Assembly (NCBI GenBank): GCA_052327205.1
Contig: CM126202.1
Coordinates: forward strand, 145,762,001-145,826,000
Direction: 5' to 3'
DNA: 64,000 nucleotides
Origin: Somniosus microcephalus
Lineage: Eukaryota
Of the stretch, positions 1-15,000 are shown piece by piece. A model generated the notes under the pieces. It was not told where the DNA came from. It worked only from the letters and a program-made list of their open reading frames with translations, and did not search any database. Positions within the stretch are counted from its first letter, which is position 1. Each line of letters opens with the position of its first letter. A program made the position numbers and the translations under genes.

Positions 1-3000
1 AAAGAGCGAGTTCTGTAAAGAGCGAGTTCTATAAAGATCGAGTTCTATAAAGATCGAGTTCTGTAAAGAGCGAGTTCTGTAAAGAGCGAGTTCTGTAAAG
101 AGCGAGTTCTATAAAGATCGAGTTCTATAAAGATCGAGTTCTGTAAAGAGCGAGTTCTGTAAAGAGGGAGTTCTGTAAAGAGCGAGTTCTGTAAAGAGCG
201 AGTTCTATAAAGATCGAGTTCTATAAAGAGCGAGTTCTATAAAGAGCGAGTTCTATAAAGATCGAGTTCTGTAAAGAGCGAGTTCTGTAAAGAGCGAGTT
301 CTGTAAAGAGCCGGCTCTGTAAAGAGCGAGTTCTATAAAGAGCGAGTTCTATAAAGAGCGAGTTCTATAAAGGGCAAGTTCTATAAAGAGCCGGCTCTGT
401 AAAGAGCGAGTTCTATAAAGAGCGAGTTCTATAAAGAGCGAGTTCTATAAAGAGCGAGTTCTATAAAGATCGAGTTCTGTAAAGAGCGAGTTCTGTAAAG
501 AGCGAGTTCTGTAAAGAGCCGGCTCTGTAAAGAGCGAGTTCTATAAAGAGCGAGTTCTATAAAGAGCGAGTTCTATAAAGGGCGAGTTCTATAAAGAGCG
601 AGTTCTATAAAGAGCGAGTTCTGCAAAGGGCGAGTTCTATAAAGAGCGAGTTCTATAAAGGGCGAGTTCTATAAAGGGCGAGTTCTGTAAAGGGCGAGTT
701 CTGTAAAGGGCGAGTTCTGTAAAGAGCGAGTTCTATAAAGGGCGAGTTCTATAAAGGGCGAGTTCTGTAAAGAGCGAGTTCTATAAAGAGCGAGTTCTAT
801 AAAGGGCGAGTTCTATAAAGAGCGAGTTCTGCAAAGGGCGAGTTCTATAAAGAGCGAGTTCTATAAAGCACCAGCTCTGTAAAGAGCGAGTTCTGTAAAG
901 GGCGAGTTCTATAACGGGCGAATTCTATAAAGGGCGAGTTCTATAAAGGGGCAGTTCTATAAAGGGCGAGTTATATAAAGAGCGAGTTCTACAAAGGACG
1001 AGTTCTATAAAGAGCGAGTTCTTTAAAGGGCGAGTTCTTTAAAGGGCGAGTTCTATAAAGAGCGAGTTCTATAAAGGACAATTTCTATAAAGGGCGAGTT
1101 CTATAATTGGTGGGTTCAATAAAGGGCGAGTTCCATAAAGGCCGAGTTCTATAAAGGGCGGATTCTATAAAGGGCGAGTTCTATAAATGGCGGGTTCTAT
1201 AAAGGGCGAGTTCTATAAAGGGCGAGTTCTATAAAGATCGAGTTCTATAAAGAGCCGGCTCTGTAAAGAGCGAGTTCTATAAAGAGCGAGTTCTATAAAG
1301 AGCGAGTTCTATAAAGAGCGAGTTCTATAAAGATCGAGTTCTGTAAAGAGCGAGTTCTGTAAAGAGCGAGTTCTGTAAAGAGCCGGCTCTGTAAAGAGCG
1401 AGTTCTATAAAGAGCGAGTTCTATAAAGAGCGAGTTCTATAAAGGGCGAGTTCTATAAAGAGCGAGTTCTATAAAGAGCGAGTTCTGCAAAGGGCGAGTT
1501 CTATAAAGAGCGAGTTCTATAAAGGGCGAGTTCTATAAAGGGCGAGTTCTGTAAAGGGCGAGTTCTGTAAAGAGCAAGTTCTATAAAGAGCGAGTTCTAT
1601 AAAGGGCGAGTTCTATAAAGGGCGAGTTCTTTAAAGGGCGAGTTCTATAAAGAGCGAGTTCTATAAAGGACAATTTCTATAAAGGGCGAGTTCTATAATT
1701 GGTGGGTTCAATAAAGGGCGAGTTCCATAAAGGCCGAGTTCTATAAAGGGCGGATTCTATAAAGGGCGAGTTCTATAAATGGCGGGTTCTATAAAGGGCG
1801 AGTTCTATAAAGGGCGAGTTCTATAAAGATCGAGTTCTATAAAGAGCCGGCTCTGTAAAGAGCGAGTTCTATAAAGAGCGAGTTCTATAAAGAGCGAGTT
1901 CTATAAAGAGCGAGTTCTATAAAGATCGAGTTCTGTAAAGAGCGAGTTCTGTAAAGAGCGAGTTCTGTAAAGAGCCGGCTCTGTAAAGAGCGAGTTCTAT
2001 AAAGAGCGAGTTCTATAAAGGGCGAGTTCTATAAAGGGCGAGTTCTATAAAGAGCGAGTTCTATAAAGAGCGAGTTCTGCAAAGGGCGAGTTCTATAAAG
2101 AGCGAGTTCTATAAAGGGCGAGTTCTATAAAGGGCGAGTTCTGTAAAGGGCGAGTTCTGTAAAGAGCAAGTTCTATAAAGAGCGAGTTCTATAAAGGGCG
2201 AGTTCTATAAAGGGCGAGTTCTGTAAAGAGCGAGTTCTATAAAGAGCGAGTTCTATAAAGGGCGAGTTCTATAAAGAGCGAGTTCTGCAAAGGGCGAGTT
2301 CTATAAAGAGCGAGTTCTATAAAGCACCAGCTCTGTAAAGAGCGAGTTCTGTAAAGGGCGAGTTCTATAACGGGCGAATTCTATAAAGGGCGAGTTCTAT
2401 AAAGGGGCAGTTCTATAAAGGGCGAGTTATATAAAGAGCGAGTTCTACAAAGGACGAGTTCTATAAAGAGCGAGTTCTTTAAAGGGCGAGTTCTTTAAAG
2501 GGCGAGTTCTATAAAGAGCGAGTTCTATAAAGGACAATTTCTATAAAGGGCGAGTTCTATAATTGGTGGGTTCAATAAAGGGCGAGTTCCATAAAGGGCG
2601 AGTTCTATAAAGGGCGGATTCTATAAAGGGCGAGTTCTATAAATGGCGGGTTCTATAAAGGGCGAGTTCTATAAAGGGCGAGTTCTATAAAGATCGAGTT
2701 CTATAAAGGGCGAGTTCTATAAAGGGCGAGTTCTGTAAAGAGCGAGTTCTATAAAGAGCGAGTTCTATAAAGGGCGAGTTCTATAAAGAGCGAGTTCTGC
2801 AAAGGGCGAGTTCTATAAAGAGCGAGTTCTATAAAGCACCAGCTCTGTAAAGAGCGAGTTCTGTAAAGGGCGAGTTCTATAACGGGCGAATTCTATAAAG
2901 GGCGAGTTCTATAAAGGGGCAGTTCTATAAAGGGCGAGTTATATAAAGAGCGAGTTCTACAAAGGACGAGTTCTATAAAGAGCGAGTTCTTTAAAGGGCG

Positions 3001-6000
3001 AGTTCTTTAAAGGGCGAGTTCTATAAAGAGCGAGTTCTATAAAGGACAATTTCTATAAAGGGCGAGTTCTATAATTGGTGGGTTCAATAAAGGGCGAGTT
3101 CCATAAAGGGCGAGTTCTATAAAGGGCGGATTCTATAAAGGGCGAGTTCTATAAAGGGCGGATCTATAAAGGGCGGCTTCTATAAAGGGCGAGTTCTATA
3201 AAGGGCGAGTTCTATAAAGGGTGATTTCTATAAAGGGCGGGTTCTATAAAGGGTGGGTTCTATAAAGGGCGAGATCTATAAAGGGCGAGTTCTATAAAGG
3301 GCGGGTTCTATAAAGGGTGGGTTCTATAAAGGGTGGGTTCAATTATTGCCGGATCCTATAAAGGGCGAGTTCTATAAAGGGTGGATTCTATAAAGGGCGA
3401 GTTCTGTAAAGAGCAAGTTCTATAAAGGGCGGGTTCTATAAAGGGCAAGTTCTATAAAGGGCGAGTTCTATAAAGGGCGAGTTCTATAAAGGGCGGGTTC
3501 TATAAAGGACGAGTTCCATAAAGGGCGGGTTCTATAAAGGGCGAGCTATTTAAAGGGCGGGTTCTATAAAGGGCGAGTTCTATAAAGAGCCAATACAGTA
3601 CTGTAAAGGGCGTGCTTTATAAAGGGCCACTTCTATAAAGGACATGTTCTATAAAGAGCGAATTCTATAAAGGACAATTTCTATAAAGGGCGAGATCTAC
3701 ATAGGGTGAGTTCGATAAAGGGCGAGTTCGATAAAGGGCGAGTTCTATAAAGAACGAGTTCTATAAAGGACGGGTTCTATAAACAGTGGGTTCTATAAAC
3801 AGCGGATTCTATATAGAACGAGTTCTATAAAGGGCGAGTTCTATAAAGGGCGGGTTGTATAAAGGGCGGGTTGTATAAAGGGTGGGTTGTATAAAGGGCG
3901 GGTTCTATAAAGGGCAAGTTATATAAAGAGCGGGTTCTATAAAGATCGAGTTCTATAAAGAGCGAGTTCTATAAAGAGCCGGCTCTGTAAAGAGCGAGTT
4001 CTATAAAGACCGAGTTCTGTAAAGATCGAGTTCTGTAAAGAGCGAGTTCTATAAAGATCGAGTTCTGTAAAGATCGAGTTCTGTAAAGAGCGAGTTCTGT
4101 AAAGAGCGAGTTCTGTAAAGAGCGAGTTCTATAAAGATCGAGTTCTATAAAGATCGAGTTCTGTAAAGAGCGAGTTCTGTAAAGAGCGAGTTCTGTAAAG
4201 AGCGAGTTCTATAAAGATCGAGTTCTATAAAGATCGAGTTCTGTAAAGAGCGAGTTCTGTAAAGAGGGAGTTCTGTAAAGAGCGAGTTCTGTAAAGAGCG
4301 AGTTCTATAAAGATCGAGTTCTATAAAGAGCGAGTTCTATAAAGAGCGAGTTCTATAAAGATCGAGTTCTGTAAAGAGCGAGTTCTGTAAAGAGCGAGTT
4401 CTGTAAAGAGCCGGCTCTGTAAAGAGCGAGTTCTATAAAGAGCGAGTTCTATAAAGAGCGAGTTCTATAAAGGGCAAGTTCTATAAAGAGCCGGCTCTGT
4501 AAAGAGCGAGTTCTATAAAGAGCGAGTTCTATAAAGAGCGAGTTCTATAAAGATCGAGTTCTGTAAAGAGCGAGTTCTGTAAAGAGCGAGTTCTGTAAAG
4601 AGCCGGCTCTGTAAAGAGCGAGTTCTATAAAGAGCGAGTTCTATAAAGAGCGAGTTCTATAAAGGGCGAGTTCTATAAAGAGCGAGTTCTATAAAGAGCG
4701 AGTTCTGCAAAGGGCGAGTTCTATAAAGAGCGAGTTCTATAAAGGGCGAGTTCTATAAAGGGCGAGTTCTGTAAAGGGCGAGTTCTGTAAAGGGCGAGTT
4801 CTGTAAAGAGCGAGTTCTATAAAGGGCGAGTTCTATAAAGGGCGAGTTCTGTAAAGAGCGAGTTCTATAAAGAGCGAGTTCTATAAAGGGCGAGTTCTAT
4901 AAAGAGCGAGTTCTGCAAAGGGCGAGTTCTATAAAGAGCGAGTTCTATAAAGCACCAGCTCTGTAAAGAGCGAGTTCTGTAAAGGGCGAGTTCTATAACG
5001 GGCGAATTCTATAAAGGGCGAGTTCTATAAAGGGGCAGTTCTATAAAGGGCGAGTTATATAAAGAGCGAGTTCTACAAAGGACGAGTTCTATAAAGAGCG
5101 AGTTCTTTAAAGGGCGAGTTCTTTAAAGGGCGAGTTCTATAAAGAGCGAGTTCTATAAAGGACAATTTCTATAAAGGGCGAGTTCTATAATTGGTGGGTT
5201 CAATAAAGGGCGAGTTCCATAAAGGCCGAGTTCTATAAAGGGCGGATTCTATAAAGGGCGAGTTCTATAAATGGCGGGTTCTATAAAGGGCGAGTTCTAT
5301 AAAGGGCGAGTTCTATAAAGATCGAGTTCTATAAAGAGCCGGCTCTGTAAAGAGCGAGTTCTATAAAGAGCGAGTTCTATAAAGAGCGAGTTCTATAAAG
5401 ATCGAGTTCTGTAAAGAGCGAGTTCTGTAAAGAGCGAGTTCTGTAAAGAGCCGGCTCTGTAAAGAGCGAGTTCTATAAAGAGCGAGTTCTATAAAGAGCG
5501 AGTTCTATAAAGGGCGAGTTCTATAAAGAGCGAGTTCTATAAAGAGCGAGTTCTGCAAAGGGCGAGTTCTATAAAGAGCGAGTTCTATAAAGGGCGAGTT
5601 CTATAAAGGGCGAGTTCTGTAAAGGGCGAGTTCTGTAAAGAGCAAGTTCTATAAAGAGCGAGTTCTATAAAGGGCGAGTTCTATAAAGGGCGAGTTCTGT
5701 AAAGAGCGAGTTCTATAAAGAGCGAGTTCTATAAAGGGCGAGTTCTATAAAGAGCGAGTTCTGCAAAGGGCGAGTTCTATAAAGAGCGAGTTCTATAAAG
5801 CACCAGCTCTGTAAAGAGCGAGTTCTGTAAAGGGCGAGTTCTATAACGGGCGAATTCTATAAAGGGCGAGTTCTATAAAGGGGCAGTTCTATAAAGGGCG
5901 AGTTATATAAAGAGCGAGTTCTACAAAGGACGAGTTCTATAAAGAGCGAGTTCTTTAAAGGGCGAGTTCTTTAAAGGGCGAGTTCTATAAAGAGCGAGTT

Positions 6001-9000
6001 CTATAAAGGACAATTTCTATAAAGGGCGAGTTCTATAATTGGTGGGTTCAATAAAGGGCGAGTTCCATAAAGGGCGAGTTCTATAAAGGGCGGATTCTAT
6101 AAAGGGCGAGTTCTATAAATGGCGGGTTCTATAAAGGGCGAGTTCTATAAAGGGCGAGTTCTATAAAGATCGAGTTCTATAAAGAGCCGATTGTATAAAG
6201 GGCGAGTTCTATAAAGAGCCGATTGTATAAAGGGCGAGTTTCATAAAGGACGAGTTCTATGAAGGGTGAGTTCTATAAAGGGCGGGTTCCATAAAGGGCG
6301 GTTTCTATTAATGGCGCGTTCTATTAAGGGCGAGTTCTGTAAAGGGCGAGTTCTGTAAAGGGCGAGTTCTGTAAAGGGCGAGTTCTGTAAAGGGCGGGTT
6401 CTGTATAGGGCGAGTTCTGTAAAGGGTGAGTTCTTTTAAGGGCGAGTTCTTTTGAGGGCGAGTTTTGTTGAGTCGAGTTCTATTGAGGGCCAGTTCTATT
6501 GAGGGCGAATTCTATTGAGGGCGAGTTCTATTAAGGTCGAGTTCTATAAAGAGCCGACTGTATAAAGGGCGAGTTTTATAAAGAGCGAGTTCTATAAACG
6601 ACGAGTTCTATAAAGTTTGAGTTCTATAAAGGATGAGTTCTATAAAGGGCGAGTTCTATAATGGGCGGGTTCAATAAAGGGTGAGTTCTATAAAAGAGGA
6701 ATTCTATAAAGTGCGGCTTCTATGAAGGGCGAGTTCTATAAAGGGCGAGTTCTAGAAAGGGCGAGTTCTAGAAAGGGCGAGTTCTAGAAAGGGCGAATTC
6801 TATAAAGGGCGAATTCTATAAAGGGTGAATTCTATAAAGGGCGAGTTCCATAAAGATCAAGTTCTATAAAGATCAAGTTCTATAAAGAGACGATTGTATA
6901 AAGGGCGAGTTTTATATAGGACGAGTTCCATGAAGGGTGAGTTCTATAAAGATCGAGTTCTATAAAGAGCCGATTGTATTTAGGGCGAGTTTTATAAAGG
7001 ATGAGTTCAATCAAGGGCGAGTTCTATGAAGGGCGAGTTCTATAGAGGGCGAGTTCTATTAAGGGCGGGTTCAATTAAGGGCGAGTTCTATTAAGGGCGA
7101 GTTCTATTAAGGGCAAGTTTTGTAAAGGGCGAGTTCTGTAAAGGGCGAGTTCTGTAAAGAGCGGGTTCTGTAAAGGGCGGGTTCTGTATAGGCGAGTTCT
7201 GTAAAGGGCGGATTCTGTATAGGGCGTGTTCTATTAAGGGTGATTTCTATTAAGGGTGAGTTCTATTGAGGGCGAGTTCTATTGAGGGCGAGTTTTATTG
7301 AGGGCGAGTTCTATTGAGGGCGAGTTCTATTGAGGGCGAGTTCTATAAAGAGCCGATTGTATAAAGGGCGAGTTTTATAAAGGACGAGTTCTATGAAGGG
7401 TGAGTTCTATAAAGGGCGGGTTCTATAAAGGGCGGTTTCTATTAATGGCGCGTTCTATAAAGGGCGTGTTCTATTAAGGGCGAGTTCTATTAAGGGCGAA
7501 TTCTGTAAAGGGCGAGTTCTGTAAAGGGCGAGTTCTGTAAAGGGCGAATTCTGTAAAGGGCGAGTTCTGTAAAGGGCGAGTTCTGTAAAGGGTGAGTTCT
7601 TTTAAGGGCGAGTTCTTTTGAGGGCGAGTTTTGTTGAGTCGAGTTCTATTGAGGGCAAGTTCTATTGAGGGCGAATTCTATTGAGGGCGAGTTCTATTAA
7701 GGTCGAGTTCTATAAAGAGCCGACTGTATAAAGGGCGAGTTTTATAAAGAGCGAGTTCTATAAACGACGAGTTCTATAAAGTTTGAGTTCTATAAAGGAT
7801 GAGTTCTATAAAGGGCGAGTTCTATAATGGGCGGGTTCAATAAAGGGCGAGTTCTATAAAAGAGGAATTCTATAAAGTGCGGCTTCTATAAAGGGCGAGT
7901 TCTATAAAGGGCGAGTTCTAGAAAGGGCGAGTTCTAGAAAGGGCGAGTTCTAGAAAGGGCGAATTCTATAAAGGGCAAATTCTATAAAGGGCGAATTCTA
8001 TAAAGGGCGAGTTCCATAAAGATCAAGTTCTATAAAGATCGAGTTCTATAAAGAGCCGATTGTATTTAGGGCGAGTTTTATAAAGGATGAGTTCAATCAA
8101 GGGCGAGTTCTATGAAGGGCGAGTTCTATAGAGGGCGAGTTCTATTAAGGGCGGGTTCAATTAAGGGCGAGTTCTATTAAGGGCGAGTTCTATTAAGGGC
8201 GAGTTCTGTAAAGAGCGGGTTCTGTAAAGGGCGGGTTCTGTATAGGGCCAGTTCTGTAAAGGGCGGATTCTGTATAGGGCGTGTTCTATTAAGGGTGATT
8301 TCTATTAAGGGTGAGTTCTATTAAGGGTGAGTTCTATTGAGGGCGAGTTCTATTGAGGGCGCGTTCTATTGAGGGCGAGGTTTATTGAGGGCGAGTTCTA
8401 TTGAGGGCGAGTTCTATTGAGGGCGAGTTCTATAAAGAGCCGACTGTATAAAGGGCGAGTTTTATAAAGCTTGAGTTCTATAAAGGACGAGTTCTATAAA
8501 GAGCGAGTTCTATAAAGGATGAGTTCTATAAAGGGCGAGTTCTATAATGGGCGGGTTCAATAAAGGGCGAGTTCTATAAAGGAGGAATTCTATAAAGTGC
8601 GGTTTCTATAAAGGGCGGGTTAAATAAAGGGCGAATTCTATAAAGGGCCGATTGTATAAAGGGCGAGTTTTATAAAGGATGAGTTCTATAAAGGAGGAAT
8701 TCTATAAAGTGCGGTTTCTATAAAGGGCGGGTTAAATAAAGGGCGAATTCTATAAAGAGCCGATTGTATAAAGAGCGAGTTCTATAAAGGATGAGTTCTA
8801 TAAAGGGCGAGTTCTATAATGGGCGGGTTCAATAAAGAGCGAGTTCTATAAAGGAGGAATTCTATAAAGGGCGAGTTCTATAATGGGCGGGTTCAATAAA
8901 GGGCGAATTCTATAAAGGGCCGATTGTATAAAGGGCGAGTTTTATAAAGGATGAGTACTATAAAGGTGAGTTCTATGAAGGGCGAGTTTTATAGAGGGCG

Positions 9001-12000
9001 AGTTCTATAAAGGACGGGTTCTATAAAGGGCGGTTTGTATTAATGGCGATTTCTATAAAGGGCGGGTTCTATTAAGGGCGAGTTCTGTAAAGGGCGAGTT
9101 CTATAAAGGGCGAGTTCTATTGATGGCGAGTTCTATTGAGGGCGAGTTCTATTGAGGGTGAGGTCTATTAAGGGTGAGTTCTATTAAGGGCGAGTTCTGT
9201 TAAGGGTGAATTCTACAAAGGACGAGTTCTACAAAGGGCAAATTCTATAAAGGGTGATTTCTATAAACGACGATTTCTATAAATGGTGAGTTCAACCAAG
9301 GACGAGTTGTATAAAGGGCGAGATCAATCAAGGGCGGGTTCTATTTAGTGCGAGTTCTATTAAGGGCGAGTTCTGTAAAGGGCGAGTTCTGTAAAGGGCG
9401 AGTTCTGTAAAGAGCGGGTTCTGTAAAGGGCGGGTTCTGTACAGGGCGGATTCTGTATAGGGCGTGTTCTATTAAGGGTGATTTCTATTAAGGGTGAGTT
9501 CTATTAAGGGTGAGTTCTATTAAGGGCGAGTTCTATTGAGGGCGAGTTCTATTGAGGGCGAGTTTTATTGAGGGCGAGCTCTATTGAGGGCGAGTTCTAT
9601 TGAGGGCGAGTTCTATAAAGAGCCGACTGTATAAAGGGCGAGTTTTATAAAGCTTGAGTTCTATAAAGGACGAGTTCTATAAGGAGCGAGTTCTATAAAG
9701 GATGAGTTCTATAAAGGGCGAGTTCTATAATGGGCGGGTTCAATAAAGGGCGAGTTCTATAAAGGGCGGGTTCTATAAAGGGTGGGTTCTATAAAGGGTG
9801 GGTTCAATTATTGCCGGATCCTATAAAGGGCGAGTTCTATAAAGGGTGGATTCTATAAAGGGCGAGTTCTGTAAAGAGCAAGTTCTATAAAGGGCGGGTT
9901 CTATAAAGGGCAAGTTCTATAAAGGGCGAGTTCTATAAAGGGCGAGTTCTATAAAGGGCGGGTTCTATAAAGGGCGAGTTCCATAAAGGGCGGGTTCTAT
10001 AAAGGGCGAGCTATTTAAAGGGCGGGTTCTATAAAGGGCGAGTTCTATAAAGAGCCAATACAGTACTGTAAAGGGCGTGCTTTATAAAGGGCCACTTCTA
10101 TAAAGGACATGTTCTATAAAGAGCGAATTCTATAAAGGACAATTTCTATAAAGGGCGAGATCTACATAGGGTGAGTTCGATAAAGGGCGAGTTCGATAAA
10201 GGGCGAGTTCTATAAAGAACGAGTTCTATAAAGGACGGGTTCTATAAACAGTGGGTTCTATAAACAGCGGATTCTATATAGAACGAGTTCTATAAAGGGC
10301 GAGTTCTATAAAGGGCGGGTTGTATAAAGGGCGGGTTGTATAAAGGGTGGGTTGTATAAAGGGCGGGTTCTATAAAGGGCAAGTTATATAAAGAGCGGGT
10401 TCTATAAAGATCGAGTTCTATAAAGAGCGAGTTCTATAAAGAGCCGGCTCTGTAAAGAGCGAGTTCTATAAAGACCGAGTTCTGTAAAGATCGAGTTCTG
10501 TAAAGAGCGAGTTCTATAAAGATCGAGTTCTGTAAAGATCGAGTTCTGTAAAGAGCGAGTTCTGTAAAGAGCGAGTTCTGTAAAGAGCGAGTTCTATAAA
10601 GATCGAGTTCTATAAAGATCGAGTTCTGTAAAGAGCGAGTTCTGTAAAGAGCGAGTTCTGTAAAGAGCGAGTTCTATAAAGATCGAGTTCTATAAAGATC
10701 GAGTTCTGTAAAGAGCGAGTTCTGTAAAGAGGGAGTTCTGTAAAGAGCGAGTTCTGTAAAGAGCGAGTTCTATAAAGATCGAGTTCTATAAAGAGCGAGT
10801 TCTATAAAGAGCGAGTTCTATAAAGATCGAGTTCTGTAAAGAGCGAGTTCTGTAAAGAGCGAGTTCTGTAAAGAGCCGGCTCTGTAAAGAGCGAGTTCTA
10901 TAAAGAGCGAGTTCTATAAAGAGCGAGTTCTATAAAGGGCAAGTTCTATAAAGAGCCGGCTCTGTAAAGAGCGAGTTCTATAAAGAGCGAGTTCTATAAA
11001 GAGCGAGTTCTATAAAGAGCGAGTTCTATAAAGATCGAGTTCTGTAAAGAGCGAGTTCTGTAAAGAGCGAGTTCTGTAAAGAGCCGGCTCTGTAAAGAGC
11101 GAGTTCTATAAAGAGCGAGTTCTATAAAGAGCGAGTTCTATAAAGGGCGAGTTCTATAAAGAGCGAGTTCTATAAAGAGCGAGTTCTGCAAAGGGCGAGT
11201 TCTATAAAGAGCGAGTTCTATAAAGGGCGAGTTCTATAAAGGGCGAGTTCTGTAAAGGGCGAGTTCTGTAAAGAGCAAGTTCTATAAAGAGCGAGTTCTA
11301 TAAAGGGCGAGTTCTATAAAGGGCGAGTTCTGTAAAGAGCGAGTTCTATAAAGAGCGAGTTCTATAAAGGGCGAGTTCTATAAAGAGCGAGTTCTGCAAA
11401 GGGCGAGTTCTATAAAGAGCGAGTTCTATAAAGCACCAGCTCTGTAAAGAGCGAGTTCTGTAAAGGGCGAGTTCTATAACGGGCGAATTCTATAAAGGGC
11501 GAGTTCTATAAAGGGGCAGTTCTATAAAGGGCGAGTTATATAAAGAGCGAGTTCTACAAAGGACGAGTTCTATAAAGAGCGAGTTCTTTAAAGGGCGAGT
11601 TCTTTAAAGGGCGAGTTCTATAAAGAGCGAGTTCTATAAAGGACAATTTCTATAAAGGGCGAGTTCTATAATTGGTGGGTTCAATAAAGGGCGAGTTCCA
11701 TAAAGGGCGAGTTCTATAAAGGGCGGATTCTATAAAGGGCGAGTTCTATAAATGGCGGGTTCTATAAAGGGCGAGTTCTATAAAGGGCGAGTTCTATAAA
11801 GATCGAGTTCTATAAAGAGCCGATTGTATAAAGGGCGAGTTCTATAAAGAGCCGATTGTATAAAGGGCGAGTTTCATAAAGGACGAGTTCTATGAAGGGT
11901 GAGTTCTATAAAGGGCGGGTTCCATAAAGGGCGGTTTCTATTAATGGCGCGTTCTATTAAGGGCGAGTTCTGTAAAGGGCGAGTTCTGTAAAGGGCGAGT

Positions 12001-15000
12001 TCTGTAAAGGGCGAGTTCTGTAAAGGGCGGGTTCTGTATAGGGCGAGTTCTGTAAAGGGTGAGTTCTTTTAAGGGCGAGTTCTTTTGAGGGCGAGTTTTG
12101 TTGAGTCGAGTTCTATTGAGGGCCAGTTCTATTGAGGGCGAATTCTATTGAGGGCGAGTTCTATTAAGGTCGAGTTCTATAAAGAGCCGACTGTATAAAG
12201 GGCGAGTTTTATAAAGAGCGAGTTCTATAAACGACGAGTTCTATAAAGTTTGAGTTCTATAAAGGATGAGTTCTATAAAGGGCGAGTTCTATAATGGGCG
12301 GGTTCAATAAAGGGTGAGTTCTATAAAAGAGGAATTCTATAAAGTGCGGCTTCTATGAAGGGCGAGTTCTAGAAAGGGCGAGTTCTAGAAAGGGCGAGTT
12401 CTAGAAAGGGCGAGTTCTAGAAAGGGCGAATTCTATAAAGGGCGAATTCTATAAAGGGTGAATTCTATAAAGGGCGAGTTCCATAAAGATCAAGTTCTAT
12501 AAAGATCAAGTTCTATAAAGAGACGATTGTATAAAGGGCGAGTTTTATATAGGACGAGTTCCATGAAGGGTGAGTTCTATAAAGATCGAGTTCTATAAAG
12601 AGCCGATTGTATTTAGGGCGAGTTTTATAAAGGATGAGTTCAATCAAGGGCGAGTTCTATGAAGGGCGAGTTCTATAGAGGGCGAGTTCTATTAAGGGCG
12701 GGTTCAATTAAGGGCGAGTTCTATTAAGGGCGAGTTCTATTAAGGGCAAGTTTTGTAAAGGGCGAGTTCTGTAAAGGGCGAGTTCTGTAAAGAGCGGGTT
12801 CTGTAAAGGGCGGGTTCTGTATAGGCGAGTTCTGTAAAGGGCGGATTCTGTATAGGGCGTGTTCTATTAAGGGTGATTTCTATTAAGGGTGAGTTCTATT
12901 GAGGGCGAGTTCTATTGAGGGCGAGTTTTATTGAGGGCGAGTTCTATTGAGGGCGAGTTCTATTGAGGGCGAGTTCTATAAAGAGCCGATTGTATAAAGG
13001 GCGAGTTTTATAAAGGACGAGTTCTATGAAGGGTGAGTTCTATAAAGGGCGGGTTCTATAAAGGGCAGTTTCTATTAATGGCGCGTTCTATAAAGGGCGT
13101 GTTCTATTAAGGGCGAGTTCTATTAAGGGCGAATTCTGTAAAGGACGAGTTCTGTAAAGGGCGAGTTCTGTAAAGGGCGAATTCTGTAAAGGGCGAGTTC
13201 TGTAAAGGGCGAGTTCTGTAAAGGGTGAGTTCTTTTAAGGGCGAGTTCTTTTGAGGGCGAGTTTTGTTGAGTCGAGTTCTATTGAGGGCAAGTTCTATTG
13301 AGGGCGAATTCTATTGAGGGCGAGTTCTATTAAGGTCGAGTTCTATAAAGAGCCGACTGTATAAAGGGCGAGTTTTATAAAGAGCGAGTTCTATAAACGA
13401 CGAGTTCTATAAAGTTTGAGTTCTATAAAGGATGAGTTCTATAAAGGGCGAGTTCTATAATGGGCGGGTTCAATAAAGGGCGAGTTCTATAAAAGAGGAA
13501 TTCTATAAAGTGCGGCTTCTATAAAGGGCGAGTTCTATAAAGGGCGAGTTCTAGAAAGGGCGAGTTCTAGAAAGGGCGAGTTCTAGAAAGGGCGAATTCT
13601 ATAAAGGGCAAATTCTATAAAGGGCGAATTCTATAAAGGGCGAGTTCCATAAAGATCAAGTTCTATAAAGATCGAGTTCTATAAAGAGCCGATTGTATTT
13701 AGGGCGAGTTTTATAAAGGATGAGTTCAATCAAGGGCGAGTTCTATGAAGGGCGAGTTCTATAGAGGGCGAGTTCTATTAAGGGCGGGTTCAATTAAGGG
13801 CGAGTTCTATTAAGGGCGAGTTCTATTAAGGGCGAGTTCTGTAAAGAGCGGGTTCTGTAAAGGGCGGGTTCTGTATAGGGCCAGTTCTGTAAAGGGCGGA
13901 TTCTGTATAGGGCGTGTTCTATTAAGGGTGATTTCTATTAAGGGTGAGTTCTATTAAGGGTGAGTTCTATTGAGGGCGAGTTCTATTGAGGGCGCGTTCT
14001 ATTGAGGGCGAGGTTTATTGAGGGTGAGTTCTATTGAGGGCGAGTTCTATTGAGGGCGAGTTCTATAAAGAGCCGACTGTATAAAGGGCGAGTTTTATAA
14101 AGCTTGAGTTCTATAAAGGACGAGTTCTATAAAGAGCGAGTTCTATAAAGGATGAGTTCTATAAAGGGCGAGTTCTATAATGGGCGGGTTCAATAAAGGG
14201 CGAGTTCTATAAAGGAGGAATTCTATAAAGTGCGGTTTCTATAAAGGGCGGGTTAAATAAAGGGCGAATTCTATAAAGGGCCGATTGTATAAAGGGCGAG
14301 TTTTATAAAGGATGAGTTCTATAAAGGAGGAATTCTATAAAGTGCGGTTTCTATAAAGGGCGGGTTAAATAAAGGGCGAATTCTATAAAGAGCCGATTGT
14401 ATAAAGAGCGAGTTCTATAAAGGATGAGTTCTATAAAGGGCGAGTTCTATAATGGGCGGGTTCAATAAAGAGCGAGTTCTATAAAGGAGGAATTCTATAA
14501 AGGGCGAGTTCTATAATGGGCGGGTTCAATAAAGGGCGAATTCTATAAAGGGCCGATTGTATAAAGGGCGAGTTTTATAAAGGATGAGTACTATAAAGGT
14601 GAGTTCTATGAAGGGCGAGTTTTATAGAGGGCGAGTTCTATAAAGGACGGGTTCTATAAAGGGCGGTTTGTATTAATGGCGATTTCTATAAAGGGCGGGT
14701 TCTATTAAGGGCGAGTTCTGTAAAGGGCGAGTTCTATAAAGGGCGAGTTCTATTGATGGCGAGTTCTATTGAGGGCGAGTTCTATTAAGGGTGAGGTCTA
14801 TTAAGGGTGAGTTCTATTAAGGGCGAGTTCTGTTAAGGGTGAATTCTACAAAGGACGAGTTCTACAAAGGGCAAATTCTATAAAGGGTGATTTCTATAAA
14901 CGACGATTTCTATAAATGGTGAGTTCAACCAAGGACGAGTTGTATAAAGGGCGAGATCAATCAAGGGCGGGTTCTATTTAGTGCGAGTTCTATTAAGGGC

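Noticed and set aside
6788-6830. AAGGGCGAATTC matches the TOPO cloning-vector flank
   Set aside because: It is a one-base variant of the satellite monomer, in register with the array; no other vector sequence follows.
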